Notes under the pieces: generated by a model
Seen by the model: the letters and a program-made list of their open reading frames with translations, nothing else
Databases searched by the model: none
Told to the model about the DNA's origin: nothing
Translations under genes and position numbers: made by a program
In this document: one piece after another, positions 11,583 through 24,200 of the stretch
How the letters are laid out: each line of letters starts with the position of its first letter
Position numbering within the stretch: the stretch's first letter is position 1
Origin: Cladosporium halotolerans
Taxonomy: Eukaryota
Length of the DNA: 64,000 bases
Direction of reading: 5' to 3'
Assembly: GCF_011745625.1 (NCBI RefSeq)
Contig: NW_027191468.1
Location: 496,001-560,000, forward strand

Positions 11583-14500
11583 TCAGGCCTCGAAAACCTC
11601 CTGCACCCCGCTCCAATCCCCCTTGACCCTCCGCTCCCAATAACCGCCTTTCTCCTTCAGCTTCCACATCTCCTCGCCGTCGCAGGCCATCTTCTCGAAG
11701 AACTGCGGCTTCCACTCCTGCCCGTGGTTGTCGCGGACCTTCTTGCGCGACCGCTGCCGCTCCTCCAGCTTGGCCTTCGTGCTCTCCGCTTTATCCACCT
11801 CGCCCTGCTCCAGCAAGCGCTGGTCGGGCCTCAGACGGGAGTCCGTGGGCGGGAGGAAGCCGTCCTCGTTCTCCGTGATCTCGTTCAGCGCCGCCGCGAA
11901 AGTCGTGAAGCCGTACACCTTGCCCGTGTCCGGGACGAGCGCGCCCGCCTTCCAGATCTCCGCGCCCGTGTCGGTGCGCTTGAGGCTCTCGGTCCATTTG
12001 CCCGCCAAGCCGAGAGAGATCGGAGCGTCGCCGGCAGCCGGGTCGAACAGCTGCACGGTGACTTCCTCGCTGCGGCCGGCGAACATGCCGCCGGCCTTGA
12101 AGGTGGCGACCGCGCGCGCGCCGCTGCTCTCGTTGACGACGGTCATGCTCTGCACGGGCTCGACGTACTTCTCGCCGGCGATGACGTTGCGCAGGAAGCA
12201 GGTCGCCTGGCCCCAGGAGTAGTGCTCGCCCTTGCCGTCGTTGGGCGCGTGCAGGACGACGTGCGAGCGGCCCTCGGTGTTCAGCTCGACGGACTTGCCC
12301 CAGAACTTCTGCACGGGCTGCGGCGACTGTGCGAAACACCATCCGCCGTTGTTCAGGCTCTCGGCTTGGCAGGCGGCGCGCACGGGGTGGTGCGAGACCT
12401 TCTCGGCGAGGAAGCGGAAGCCCAGGTCCTCGCGGACGAGCTCGTAGGTCTCGCCGAGCATGGGATTGAAGGGTTTGCGGATGGCACGCTCTTTGACGCG
12501 GTTGTATGCGAGGCCTGAGATGGCGAAGGCGGCGACGTAGAGTAGACGCTCGTTTGCAGGAAGCGATGCGGAAGCGGCGGAGTCGAGCAATGGCGAGTAC
12601 TCCATGCATTCCGATAGGCGCTGCAGTAAGGATGTCGGCTCATTTGCGGTGACAGGCATGGAAACGGTTGATAAATCTTTTCCTGCGTTCTTCCTAAGGA
12701 ACCCAATAATGCTAGGTGGAGCCTGCTTGGGCGGGAGCAGGGTGTTTCGACGCTTGGTTGGCGGAAGTGGCAGTGGCGTGAGAGATTTCGGTTTCGGGAG
12801 GATGATGCCAGTGGACGCACTCGCATACATTGACTCGTCCGCGGCGGTGCCGTCGGTGCTACTAGCATCAGAGTCTGCGTATGTTACAGGTTCCTCGGCG
12901 TTGGCCTCGTTTGTATCGTCGAATTCGCTCGAGCGGCGGATGGTGAGGAATTGCGAAGGGGTGTTTGTGCCGTCAACGGCGTCGAAGAACTCCTCGCTTC
13001 TCGTGGATTCCATGGACATGCGAGAAGTCGAAACCGGTAGAGGCGGCAAGCGACGAGCCTTGCTTTCTGCTATCAAAGCGGAGAATCCGCTGACGGCCTC
13101 ATCCAGGTCGCGCAAGAGGGCCATACATCTGTCGTGCACGTCTTCGTCCTGGTGGAGCTGCTGCTGTGACGCCGTTTGTCTGGATTTTGACACGTTGAGA
13201 GATCCAACAGAAGGTGACGCTGGCGCTGGAGATGGAGCGGACACAGCTAGGTGGCCGGACACGGTTCGTCTGAGCAGTGTTGACGGGGCGCGCGTGGCGC
13301 TTGCTGTGCTCGGCTTTCTCTTCCAGAACGGCCGTTTGTCTTGAACTCTCTCGTCGGACACCTCCTGGAAGTAGTCATTGACAGACTCGTGAGAAGCAGG
13401 GCTCGGCATGGTGCTGCTGCTGTTCGAAGTTGTGTGGCTCAAGCCCAAGCCGGAAGCACCAGGAGCGTACTTTGGATCCGTGTCTTTCGCCAGCCTGCGC
13501 ACAGCGTCCCGTGAGCCCGCCACTTTGCTGACCAGCTGCTCGACGCGAGCCCACTCGTTCTGCTCGGCGGGATCGGGCTGTTTGGACCTTATGAAACTCT
13601 GGAAGGTATTTGAGGGCGTAGCCGGTGTAGAAGCAGCATTGGCAGAGGCAGCGGCGCGTTCCAATGCATCCTTCCACCCATCGAAGTCCTTCCTGTTGCT
13701 AGCTTTGAGATGCCACAGCTCCGCACCCGAGTCGACTGTGAACTCCCTGGCTTTCTCATTCACTGCAATCGCAGCGAGCGAGAGCGGGATCGCCCCGCGA
13801 AGCGCAGACGAGTGACGGTCACGGTAGTAGGACAGCGTTGCGGATGTAAAGTCCAACGAAAAGAACCGTCTCGCCAGGCCTTGTCCCTTCTTTCTACGCT
13901 TCTTGTGCAACACTCCGGTGTAGAACGTGGCGCCTTCCAAACCCCGTGACTCAGTCGCGTTCGATTTCGGCCGCGGGTCCTCCAGCACGCCGCGGTGCAT
14001 AGTCGAGTCGCTGTTCAGCGATTCCACCGAGTCCGGCACTGGGCGCAGCGCCGGGCTCGAGACCTTCCTGCCGCCCGGGGCGCTGGGCGCAAAAGCCTGC
14101 GAGTAGTGCAGGTGGTGGCCGGACTTCGGCGGCGCATTGGTCGGGTGCGTCATGAGCACGAAGGTGATCGTCTTGCCCGTCGTCTTGGAGAAGGTGTTAT
14201 CAAACACCAAGCCGTACATCCCGCCCTCGCCCTCCGCGACGTCGTACCGGCCCATCGACACCTTGTCGGCCTCGCATTTACCCGTCCACGCGACCGAGCG
14301 CAGCCCAATTCCTTGCAGCTTCTCCACCAGCGCTTGCGAGGCATGCTTGCTGCTGACCGACCCGCGGTGTCCTCGCTTTCCTTCTTGAACTGGGGCGTCG
14401 GCGCCTGTGGAGGGAATGACGGGCGTCTGCGGCTGGTCGAGGGTTTCGTGCGTTTGCACCGGAGGCGCGAGGCCATTCTTGTGGCCGGGGTGTTTGAAGA

Positions 14501-14689
14501 TGCCGAAGTCAATGCTCTTCTTGTGCGGCTGCACGCTCCATGAGATCGAGTGGTGTTCGGGGACTTGGATCCAGCGGACGAGGTAGCTCTGCATGCACGA
14601 TCGGTCAGGTATGGAGAGCAAGGCTTGTATTATGTGCAGGGATGCCGGCTTACCTTGGAGTGCACGACAATGTTCTCTATGCCGGCCAT
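11583..14689 (-). CDS. OSH3: Oxysterol-binding protein Osh3-like (GOLD-PH-FFAT-ORD); exon 1 14689-14654, intron 14653-14589
   Basis: MAGIENIVVHSK/SYLVRW GOLD start, FDNTFSK, PH domain (GVLHKKRRKK..RRFFSLDF), FFAT motif EEFFDA, ORD signatures KPFNPMLGETYE, EKVSHHP, LPPTDSRLRPDQR. Confidence 0.93.
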
Positions 14690-15461
14690 GTTGCCAGCTT
14701 ACGTAGGTGGCAGGCAACAGAGCACGGCGTTGTTTGTTCCCATGCGTGGCCTGCAGCAGGCGAGGGCTTGTGGTTATTCAGGCCAATTCAATGCACTGCA
14801 GGGTGGCTTTGCTGATATGTTCGTGCGGAACCAGGCGGATGTTTCGAAGTCGCTCGCGGCAGGAAAACGCTCCCTTAGGTATCCGGATCAGCTGGCGTCC
14901 CTCAGCCCAGCAAAGTCCCGCGGTGCCCCGAGGTGTTTGTGATCTGCGCAGGGATGCTTTGCGCGTTGCCGGCCTGCGCGTGTCTACCGAGCCCTGCAGG
15001 ACGGATTGTGGTTGGTGTGGTCGTATACAAGCAGCGCGAATTGTTTACAATGTCAACACGTGCGCAGCGAACGAGGGCGAGCGGTCGCGCGCGGTCGTAC
15101 GAGCGCAGCCCTAGGTAGCCTCCCTCTCCTGTGAAACGCAACGTCTCGTGGCTGACGCAGCCTGCAGACTTTCGGGCCTCGCTTCGCCCAGCCTTACCCA
15201 CACCTCCCCGCTGCCGAGAGGCTACAGACGGGATGCCTGGCAGCCTGGCTGCGTGAGGTGTGATCCGAGAAGATGCGAGGCGGCTCGTTCCTGTTGTAGG
15301 GCTGACGGTGGTGTGAGGATGTCGGTGGTGGCGTGTTCGCGCGCAAGGCACCTACAGGAGATTCTTGCATTGTTCATGAGAAGGTTTCTCGAGCATCTAT
15401 TGAATGCTGGAATCATCAAGGTGATCTTGCAGTGCATCCACTGGAGAAAGACGACGATGTC

Positions 15462-15481
15462 TTAGGGTTAGGGTTGGGGTT
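15462..15481 (+). promoter_or_regulatory. Telobox-like element TTAGGGTTAGGGTTGGGGTT in the divergent OSH3/KES1-like promoter
   Basis: About three TTAGGG-like units lying between two divergent start codons; a Tbf1/Myb-type site is inference only. Confidence 0.35.
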
Positions 15482-15970
15482 GCCAACTCCATCCGATCGT
15501 TTCTCACGACCAGCCGCTCCGTTCGAAACCTCGCTGTCAGGATCGATTATACAAGGCGGTATGCAAGTCTGTCTCATGTGTTCCAAACAGTGACCAAATT
15601 CAGAAATAATCGTGAACCGACATTATTTGATCTGCCAGATATTGACCCCTGTGGAACGCGACAGATCTGATTGACAAGCGATGCCTTGAGCGGCTGTGGC
15701 TGCGCCCCGAATTCGTAGGGCGAAGTGACGACATATCTCTTGGAAGCCACCTCACACGGCACAACAAACCAGCATCCTGTAGACTTCAATTATTGTCGAG
15801 CGTCGTAGACTGTGCAAATTGTCTTCATCTTTCTGTCGTTCTTATAAACCCATCGATGAACTCATTGGCATAGAAAATACGAACCCCACTAATAAATAAG
15901 GTAATCACTGCTATCGAAGCCGACACAGGAAGACAAGCGAAGGGTCACCGTTTCCGCGAGAATAGTGACA

Positions 15971-17373
15971 ATGGCGGAAACTGGTGCGCAGCAGAGCTCT
16001 CTGAAGCAATTCCTTGCTGTAGGTTCCCCTTCAGTATTTTTCATAACCAAAAAAAAATCCACATCTCCCTCCAAGCATGGCTTGTTGGACCACACCACCG
16101 CCGACATTGGCTGCACTACGAGAACACACCATGATGGAGAAGAAGAACACAAATCAAACCTCAAAAGCACACGAACCCCACACTCACGAGCAACATCAAC
16201 ATCGTACTCGCCGCTTACCTTCTTCTCCAGTCCATCGCCACCATCAAAGGCGACCTAAGCAACATCACCGCGCCCCCCTTCGTCCTCGCAGACAAATCCA
16301 CCACCGAATTCCCCCGCTACTGGATCGAACACCCCGACCTCTTCGTCGCTCCCACGCACGAGCCCTCCCCCGAGAAACGCCTCCTCGCCGTCCTCAAGTG
16401 GTTCCTCGCCTCCCTCCGCGGCCAGCAATACGCCGGCCGCTCGCCATCCGACGGCGTCAAGAAGCCCCTCAACGCCTTCCTGGGCGAAGTCTTCGTCGGC
16501 GAGCTCGGCGACCCGGGCGAGGAGACCAGGCTCGTCAGCGAGCAGGTCAGCCACCACCCGCCCGTGACGGCGTGTTATCTCTGGAACGCGAAGCACGGCG
16601 TGCGCGCGGAGGGCTTCACGAGGCAGGAGATTACGTTCTCGGGCAGCGTGAACGTGCGGCAGACGGGGCATGCGGTGCTGCGGTTGGATGAGTGGGAGGA
16701 GGACTATCTCGTGCCGCTGCCGGATGTGAAGGTCAAGGGGATTTTGACCGGGGGGCCCTATCCGGAGCTTAGTGGCACGTATAGGATTGTGTCGTCGTCC
16801 GGGTGCGTGGCGGAGGTGGATTTCACGGGTAAAGGCGTGCTGGGGCTGGGAGGGCAGAAGAATCATGTGCAGGCGGCCGTTTATGGCGCAAGCAACGAAG
16901 GCGAGGCGAAGAAGAAGCCGTTGTACTCGGCCGAAGGGAATTGGACGGAGAGCTTTACGTTCACGGACTCTGAGGGCAAGACGATCGAGACGTACGACGT
17001 CGCGTCGGCGCCCGTGACGGAGTGCCGGACGGCGCCGTTGGACGAGTAGGATGCGTGGGAGTCGCGCAAGGCGTGGCGCGGCGTGATCGACGCGATTCAC
17101 GTTGGGGACATGCAGAGGGTGTCGGACAGCAAGAGCGCGCTGGAGAACGCACAACGGGCCTTGCGGAAGGAATCGGGAACGAGCGAAGAAGAATGGCGAC
17201 CGCTCTTTTTCCGGAAAGAGGATCGGGATCCGGTAGCGGAGAAGCTTCTCGAGGCCGTGGGGGAGTCATTGGATGTTGACGCCACCTGTGGGATCTGGAG
17301 GTTTGACGTTGAGAAGGCCACATCATTGGATCGACCTTGGAGAGCTCAGCTCACTCCACATGGGCTGGAGTGA
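15971..17373 (+). CDS. Short oxysterol-binding protein, Kes1/Osh4 family, interrupted by one in-frame TAG at 17047-17049 (pseudogene, recoded allele or sequence error); intron 16019-16230
   Basis: SLKQFLA/SIATIKGDLSNITAPPFVLA, KKPLNAFLGEVF, EQVSHHPP, GGPYPEL; then APLDE*DAWESRKAW...LENAQRALRK...WRPLFF continues in the same frame to TGA 17373. Confidence 0.88.
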
Positions 17374-19919
17374 GGCAATTGGGGCTGTTACGACTGCCTT
17401 GTGATCTACGAAGGCGGCAGGTGGAGTGGAGTGGCTCCGGGAGACCACCCAGTTGTCTGAGAGTCTATGACAAGCCAACTAGTAGGCTACCTAGCGGGGA
17501 TTCACTATTGCCAGTCCAGGTAGCTTTTACAGTACTATTGAAGACATTGTCGTAAGCGTCTGAGGAGCCTCTCGGCAGTCAAGATACGAGTTCGAGGTGC
17601 TATTATTCCCTATGGGGCATGTGAACTCCACGTCGACCAGGGCGACCATTGGAAGTTGTGATGCCGTGGACTGTCGGATAAACTGATGGAAGGAGCAACA
17701 GGGTGGGCGGCCCTTCCGGAAGGATCGTGGGTCACCTTCGGGAGTCTGCACGGTTCGAGGCTAGGCAGTTCTAGAGCATGAATCGTAGGGCATGGTGTGT
17801 TGGCAGTCTATCATCAGATCGGGCAGCAACTGAGCAATCGTCGTTACGTTGAGAGTAGAGCTAGTCATTGGCGCAGAAGCATGCGGACGTTGCGCGAAAA
17901 AACTTCCAGAAGTTCCAAGCGCTGAAACATGCGGAAGGCCATGATGCGTGCGTGCGCGTGGGTAGGGCATTTTTTCACGACGTGTGGGGACCCCCGGCAG
18001 ATAGCACACCCTTCTGGAGATGAAATACTTTGGCTCGCACGAGTCCCGGCTCGAGGCATATGGGGTGTAATGGCGCGATGATTCGATGGCCGCTCCTGGC
18101 CGCGTAGGCTGAAGTGTCATGATCCTGCCGTTCCCGCAAGGCTGACAGGGCAGCTTGGAGAAGCCAAGGTTCTGTGATCCACCTCGAATCCATCTCCATC
18201 CGACCCCAGTCCCGGCGCGCGTAGAGGCGGGCGGTGCGGCCTCGGTGCAATGATGAATTCCAAGGCGGCGACGCGACAGCAGTACCTTGCAGGATGGAAG
18301 TGGATATTCTTCGGAAACGCGCCGCCAGGAACCCAATTGACGGGAAGCGGGCCCTGAGGACGGTCCTGTCGATCATGGGGCTCGGGCGGCGTCTCAGATT
18401 GGTTGCGCATCTGTGAGCGCTACGGCGAGGGTGTTTGGGTTGGGACGCCAAACGGTCGGGGTCGAGCGCCGACGCAAGCGCACTTGCACAGCGTCGCGCT
18501 GCCGAATTGGGCCTGATGATAAGATTCATCAGCGCCAAGCCCTGGACGTTGTCGGTTTTGATCAAGCCGCTGCGATCGGCATTGGGCGCAACCTTGCCAA
18601 TTAGACATGTGATACCGCCGCAGGAGAGGCGCCGGAATTGCCTCCTTAAATGATAGCGAGAGGTATATCGGCCTTGGCGCTGCAATGCTTGTCACAGCGC
18701 CACCGTGGTAGTACTGTTGAGGTGGCGAGCGCAGAGGATGACCGACAACTCGCAAGTGCCATCGCCGGCCTCGACGCGCATGCCGCAACCGACGCCTGGC
18801 ACGATGGTTCAGGCCCCACGGAGGGCCTCGTGGAGGCCATGACGGAGCGAGTGGGCACCGCGTGCGACGTCGAGCAGCGACCGAGGCGCTGGAACGGCGC
18901 GGTGGTTACAGGGTGGGCGTGGGCGGGCGCTGTCGAAAGCTTGCGGCGATCCTACCGCGATGCGCAGCCGCAGCGCAGCGCTGGCGGTGGTGGGTGAAGA
19001 CGCCGACTGGCGGAGGGACCATGGGACGCCCAAGCGGCGAAGAGGGCACAAGCATTGTCGGCGAAGTGGCTTGAGAGGGCGAAGATCATCATCAGTGAGA
19101 GGGCGAGGAGGGCGTTGCGACTTCTCCCTTTGTCGTTGGTCGTGCTCAGGCTGCGAGACCCGCTCTGCCCTTAGGCCAACAGCGCGGATGGGCGATGTCC
19201 CCCTGAGCGGCGACCTGAATGGTGGCTGACGGTGCGGACGCCGGGTGGGAGTGCCAGGTGGATGATAACGGGCGGATAAGCTTTGCTCCTCCACGGTGGG
19301 CTGTCACCCACGGCGAGCCAGTCTAGACTGCTTGCGGCGGTGCGATCTGGCGTGGCGATAACGACGTCGCCGGGGTGTGAAGACAGATAGCGCGACCTGT
19401 CAACACGGGCGCAGTTGCACGACACACTACCAGGGACTGTACTGAACACACAGGGAGCAGCAAGCAGGCGTTCGCGAGCGCCACGCCCCAGGCACCGAAC
19501 CTTGCTTATAGGAGGGCGCTGGCGGTGCCCCTGCGCAGGCTGTCTATTTCGGTGCGCTGGCCAGCCCGTGGCGCAAGCTGGTTTGATTGATTGACGGCGG
19601 ACGGAGTGACAAAGACGGGCCGCCTGCAGCCACACGCCACCGACGCACGCGGGTGGAGGAGCACACCACAGTGACCACACACTACTACCAGGACCAGGTA
19701 CCACCCGCACACAGCAGGGCGGCAGGGCACACGTGACTCGGAGGACGTCCGTCAGCGCATCATCGTCGGATTCGTCGCTATCTACGCCGGACTGCCAAGT
19801 CAACGGTGCCGGGTTAGCCCCCTCGGCCCTCTACCACGGACAGGAGAGCGCGCCGGCTGCCCCGTTCGCCTGCGCGGCGCCTGCTCGCCAGACGAACCAG
19901 CGCAGACAGACACCCGCAC

Positions 19920-19938
19920 ACGCACGCACGCACGCACG
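19920..19938 (+). repeat. (ACGC)n microsatellite, about 4.7 units
   Basis: acgcacgcacgcacgcacg seen directly. Confidence 0.7.
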
Positions 19939-21255
19939 TAGCGGTGGCGGCACTCGCTGTTCACACGCCGGGAGGCTACCATCGACGAGCGTTCTAGCGA
20001 TGTTCGCCCGACCGGCACCGGCAATGCTGTTCGCGCGGCCCAAAAGCAGGACTGGCTTCGCGCGCCAAACCCTCGCGTGGTGCCGTCGCGTGTACCTGCA
20101 GCGAGGCGCCCATGTGCCGCCCGCCGGCTGGGACGAGATGCGAACCTTGAGCGTCGATCGCGCGTGCAATCGACTGGTCCGGCGGATGACGAGAGCGTTT
20201 CAATCTAAAAGACTGTGCAGATGCTTGCCCGCCCCTGCTAGCGCTCCCGCTGCCTTCCCGGCATGCAAATTTCAGCCGGCCGCCGCCCCGTAAGGCAGGC
20301 TGGCACGGTGGACCTCACTTGCTGCGTCCGGCCGGCCCAGCAGCCTCCAGCCTTGCACCACCTCCCATGCCGCCCTGCAGCGCGTCTTTGCGTCTTTGCA
20401 CTCGCCCGCCCGTGCAGGCCCTCAACACCCCCCCGAGCCCCGGCGAGCGAGGGCGTGCCAGCAGGGCGGTCTGCGCAGTCCGGAGTCCGCGCCGCGTGAT
20501 GTTCGTCCCCCAGGGCCAGCCCAACGGCGTACCGCGCTGCAATCGCCTTCGGCAGCCATGCGCGAGACAAGCCGCTAAGGGCGGGCTCACACTGTCTTAT
20601 TGCACCAGTTGCCAGCGCAGGGCCCCATGCCCTCCCGTATCGCCTATGCTGCTCGCCACCCGCGCCGAGCCCTACGCTCTAAGCCCTGCAACATGGCCTG
20701 CGTGACGCCGAATCATTCGAACGCGTACGCCAGATGGCTCTCAGCCGCCAGATCGCGGATTGACAGGTCTCGAGTTTCACGCGAACTGGAGTTTACTGGA
20801 TCTCCCACGCCGGTGTTCAAGCTAGCCTCCCAGGGTGGGATGGAGATGGCACAGCACGGACTTGTTGCAGAGATAGTGGGTCTGTGGACCGACCGTTGTT
20901 CGGGTGTATTTAGGGCGGCGCGGCGCTACAGACGGGTGGTGATGTTGATGCAGCATCCTTCATTTTCGTGTTGAGCGGCCGCGTGTTTTTGGGTTGACGA
21001 TCTTTCGGTCTACTGTGCACGCTTTCGTCTCGATCTCCAGCTCCACTTCCCTCGAAGACCTCTCCACCACACTCGCTTTGTTATAGACGCTCTTTCCTGC
21101 ACCGTATCCTTCTGGGATCAGTACCCCGGCTCCTCATCTGGACTTCCCATCTTGCCATCCCCCACCACCTGTCCGGCCGGAGCTGCATCCTTCAGCAGCG
21201 GACCTCGACCATAGTGTCTCCCTTTCAGTAAACACGCGCTCTACCAGGCTTCGCT

Positions 21256-24200
21256 ATGGCGAACGCCGTCGGCCAGATCGAGGCATTCGCCTTGGCCTCC
21301 AGCCTTCCTCACTCTAATGACCTTACGAAATACTTCTCATTCACACAACAAGCCGTCGCTTCCGGATCGCCAGATCGCACACAACTGCTCGCGCAGATTC
21401 CCAGATCCAGCGTTCCCTCCTATGGACCTCTCTCTACCCTGTCGGCTCTCCTGTCGACACTGCCTGGATCATGGCCCATCCTCCGTCTCCAGCAGACCTA
21501 CACCGAGCTTTGGAAGCAGCTGCCCAGCGAGGCAAAGGCTGGCAAAGCGCCTGAAGCCGCGAAGAAGCTGCTTGACCTCGTTCTCCGCCAGTGCAAAGAT
21601 TCATACTCGTCGATGACCGACCTGTTCCACCCCGAGGTCACGTCGACTGCTATGATCAACCCCGAAGATGGTCAACATCTCACCCACCACGAGCTCGCCA
21701 GCTGCGTTGCCGACTTCAGATTGCCTGTGACTGCGATTCCTGGCCAGAGCAAGCCCGTAGTGGCAATCTCTCTCCCTAACGGTCCCACGTTGGCCCTCAC
21801 AGTCCTGGCCACGGCCTCTTACTACACTGCCGCTCCCGTCGCCCACGGAAGTGGTGTCGGTGCCGAGCAGTTCAAGTCCGACGTCCTTCAATCACAGACT
21901 AACCTGGTGTTGGCTGCGCCTGCGGATGTCGATCGCCTAGGCCTTAGAGACCAATGGCTGGCCGACGCTAGCATTGAGGTGTTGCTGGTCGAGCTTACAG
22001 CCGACATGAAACTGCAGCTCCGTGACACCAACGGCAACCCTCGCCACGATTCGCACTTCTGGCCTCAGCCTGCTCCTAACTCCGCAGACGACATCGGCAT
22101 AATGCTCTTCACCTCTGGTACCAGCGGAACGAAGAAGCTTGTGCCTTTGTTCACCCACTCGCTTGTCTGCGGCGCGGCCATGGTCATCGACTCCTGGGGA
22201 CTGTCTCCCAGCATGCGCTGCTTGAACCAGATGCCTCTCAACCACGTTGGTGGTCTGGTCCGTAACCTTTTCGCACCTGTCATGTCTGCAGGCTCGGTCA
22301 TCTGCTGCGCTGCGTACGACGCCAACTTGTTCTGGGACTGCGTTGAGGACCACGCTCCTACCTGGTACTACGCCTCTCCAAGTATGCACCAGGGTATCCT
22401 GGAGGCTGGCGCCGACCGACCGGAGACCGTCGCCAAGAGCACCATCCGACTGATTTGCAACGCCGCTGGCGGGTTGCTTCCCAGTCTTGCACACCAGCTC
22501 AAGGACACTTTCTCCGTCAGCGCACCGACGACTGTTCTGCCTTCCTACGGTATGACCGAGTGTATGCCTATTTCCACACCCCCTCTCAACTACAAGCTCG
22601 ACAGGACCGGTACATCTGGTGTGTCTGTCGGCCCCGAAATTGCGATTCTTGATGGCAACGACTGCTACATCGAGGACGAGACCGTTGGCCGCATTGCTGT
22701 CCGCGGATCTCCTGTCTTCAATGGCTACCTGAAGAACAACAAGCTTGACACCACTTGCTTCAACGAGGAGGGTTGGTTCGACACTGGTGATATGGGATAC
22801 CTCGATGCTGATGGCTTCCTGTACATCACTGGCCGCAGCAAAGAAGTCATCAACCGTGGTGGTGAGCTGATCAGTCCCTTCGAGGTCGAGGAGGCCGTCG
22901 TTGCAGCGGGTGCCAACCCTGACTCGCCCGTCTATGGACGCATCACCAAAGCCCTCGCTTTCTCCGTCACCCATGACGTTCTGCAGGAAGTCGTTGGTAT
23001 TGCCGTCGTCACACCCGAAGGCGCGCCTCGTGCCGATCTTCGCGGTTTGACCGAGGCTGTCAAGGGCACCTTGTCCTCTGTCAAGATCCCCGTCTTCATC
23101 GTATTCATGGACGAGGGCGTGCCTACCAACAACAACAAGGTTCTGCGCATCAAGCTTGCCGACCGTCTCGATCTTCCCACCATCTCCGATAGCACTCCCG
23201 CATCCGAGCGTTACTACGAGGCTGACTGCCCTCCCAACAACACCCCTCTGAAGGAGCCTATCGCCAGCCGCCCTCTCCAGGTCTCGCACGAGGAGCTCGA
23301 GGAGACTGCCAAGCAGGTCCTCCCTGCGGACGTCGACGTTCACGTTCGCGAGGACGAGTCTGGCTTCTACCCTCAGCTCGTTCTGGCGCCCACTACCGAC
23401 TCGTCCTACCCCGGCACCGTTGGCGACATCTCTGCCGACATGCTTATCCTCAAGCTTTCGGAGAGCCTGCCTGGCTACCTTACTCCTAAGCGTGTTCACC
23501 AGCTTCAGGAGCCTTTGCCTCGCAGCCGTCAAGGCAGCGTCGACACTATTGCTGTGGAGAAGCTCGTGAACGTCAAGCCCGTCAAGAGCTCTGGCGCCAC
23601 CGGCCTCTCTCCCAGCGAGGAGAAGATCGCGGATGCGTTCTCGTCGATTCTCGCCATCCCGATGGGTGATCTCGATGGCACTTCCGACTTCTTCGATCTC
23701 GGTGGTGACAGTATGAAGGCTGGCCGTCTTCTGTCTGCCCTCCGCAAGGAGTTCAAGGTTCGCCTTGCCATTGATGCGCTATTCACCAACAAAACCGTCT
23801 CTGGCCTGGCCAACATCATTGATGCTAAGATTGGCGACGAGAAGAAGGGTGCCTCTGCCACTGCGACTGCTGTCGAGCCGGAACCTCTTCCTGGCCTTGA
23901 CGTGACCTGCAGCTCCACCAACCCCTTCCTCATGCTTCTTCAGCTCGTGCCCATCGGTATTCTTTACCCGATGAAGCGCGCTCTGACCTGGACTGTCTTC
24001 ATGTACTGCATGTCGTACACTCAGAACCTCAGCACCAACAGCTCCGTCCCTGGTCGTCTTCTGGACTTGGTCGTCTCCATTGCCATTGGCAAGTGTGTCA
24101 CCAAGATTGTCGCTCCCTCTATCTCCATCGCTGTCAAGTGGATCGTTATCGGCAAGCACAAGGAGGGTCTCTACCCGATGTGGGGCAGCTACCACACCAG

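Noticed and set aside
10122..15481. TTAGGG repeats as a chromosome end or fusion scar
   Set aside because: Only 2-3 units each, embedded in gene-dense core sequence with no subtelomeric genes.
17014..17049. Intron that would splice out the in-frame TAG of the KES1-like gene (GTGACG...TAG, 36 nt; or GTACGA from 16992)
   Set aside because: 36 nt is shorter than any intron here, has no CTRAC branch site and would delete conserved residues; the 58-nt alternative shifts frame.
17047..17049. Genome-wide reassignment of TAG to Gln
   Set aside because: TAG terminates several genes in this window at plausible C-termini, and no other gene has an internal TAG.
17761..20974. Many overlapping 100-240 aa ORFs upstream of the NRPS-like gene
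   Set aside because: Arg/Pro/Ala-rich, no recognisable motif, no codon bias or consistent splice structure; expected in GC-rich non-coding DNA.
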